This document shows positions 6,375 to 6,474 of a DNA stretch of 6,474 nt, in pieces. The translations under genes were made by a program, and so were the position numbers. The notes beneath the pieces are model-generated. The model saw nothing but the letters and a program-made list of their open reading frames with translations, did no database searches and had not been told where the DNA came from. Origin of the DNA: a virus (taxonomy: Duplodnaviria > Heunggongvirae > Uroviricota > Caudoviricetes); the IMG/VR virus record IMGVR_UViG_2645727810_000018; one strand, given 5' to 3'. The stretch's first letter is position 1. Every line of letters begins with the position of its first letter.

Positions 6375-6474
6375 CTGGCCGACTCTGCATCAGCGATCAG
6401 TTCCAGTGCCTGACGCAGCAACCGGGCATGTACCGGACCATAGACGGCCAGCACCTGCTCACGGTCGTCCGGAG
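6365..6474 (-). CDS. G: Tail assembly chaperone G, C-terminal fragment; gene starts beyond the right edge
   Basis: Minus-strand frame open from the window edge to TAG at 6365-6367. My translation is ...PDDREQVLAVYGPVHARLLRQALELIADAESARKK*. Called mainly from position and the frameshift architecture, not from sequence similarity I can verify. Confidence 0.6.
   Translation of the reverse strand, partial: PDDREQVLAVYGPVHARLLRQALELIADAESARKK
6368..6374 (-). other. Programmed −1 frameshift slippery heptamer A_AAA_AAG followed directly by the G stop codon
   Basis: Minus strand reads ...GCC AGA AAA AAG TAG in the G frame. A AAA AAG (plus 6368-6374) is a canonical X_XXY_YYZ slip site; TAG at 6365-6367 follows immediately. 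The −1 frame continues open to 6060. Confidence 0.55.

Noticed and set aside
1-6474. CRISPR arrays, IS elements or transposase genes, tRNA or rRNA genes, toxin-antitoxin or other defence modules
   Set aside because: No direct-repeat/spacer periodicity, no transposase-like ORFs, no tRNA-like structures noticed. Every sizeable ORF is accounted for by tail-assembly genes.

Overview
The window is a contiguous tail-morphogenesis module of a lambda-like siphovirus, almost certainly a prophage in an enterobacterial genome. All genes are on the minus strand, in lambda order: 3' end of tail assembly chaperone G, its −1 frameshift extension T, tape measure protein (H-like), M, L, K, I, and the first ~57 codons of J. 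Assignments rest on my own reading of the translations against remembered lambda protein sequences and on gene order and overlaps; no database search was run. Three things depart from an intact lambda-type module: (1) the tape measure gene is split across two overlapping reading frames; (2) L carries an apparent 1-nt insertion that truncates its last 13 codons; (3) a ~235-bp AT-rich non-coding segment (~34% GC, against visibly GC-richer flanking genes) sits between I and J, with a strong minus-strand terminator hairpin, a plus-strand terminator hairpin and a plus-strand sigma70-like promoter, but no credible ORF. I see no CRISPR array, IS element, tRNA or recognisable defence system; the plus-strand ORFs in the track are antisense artefacts.
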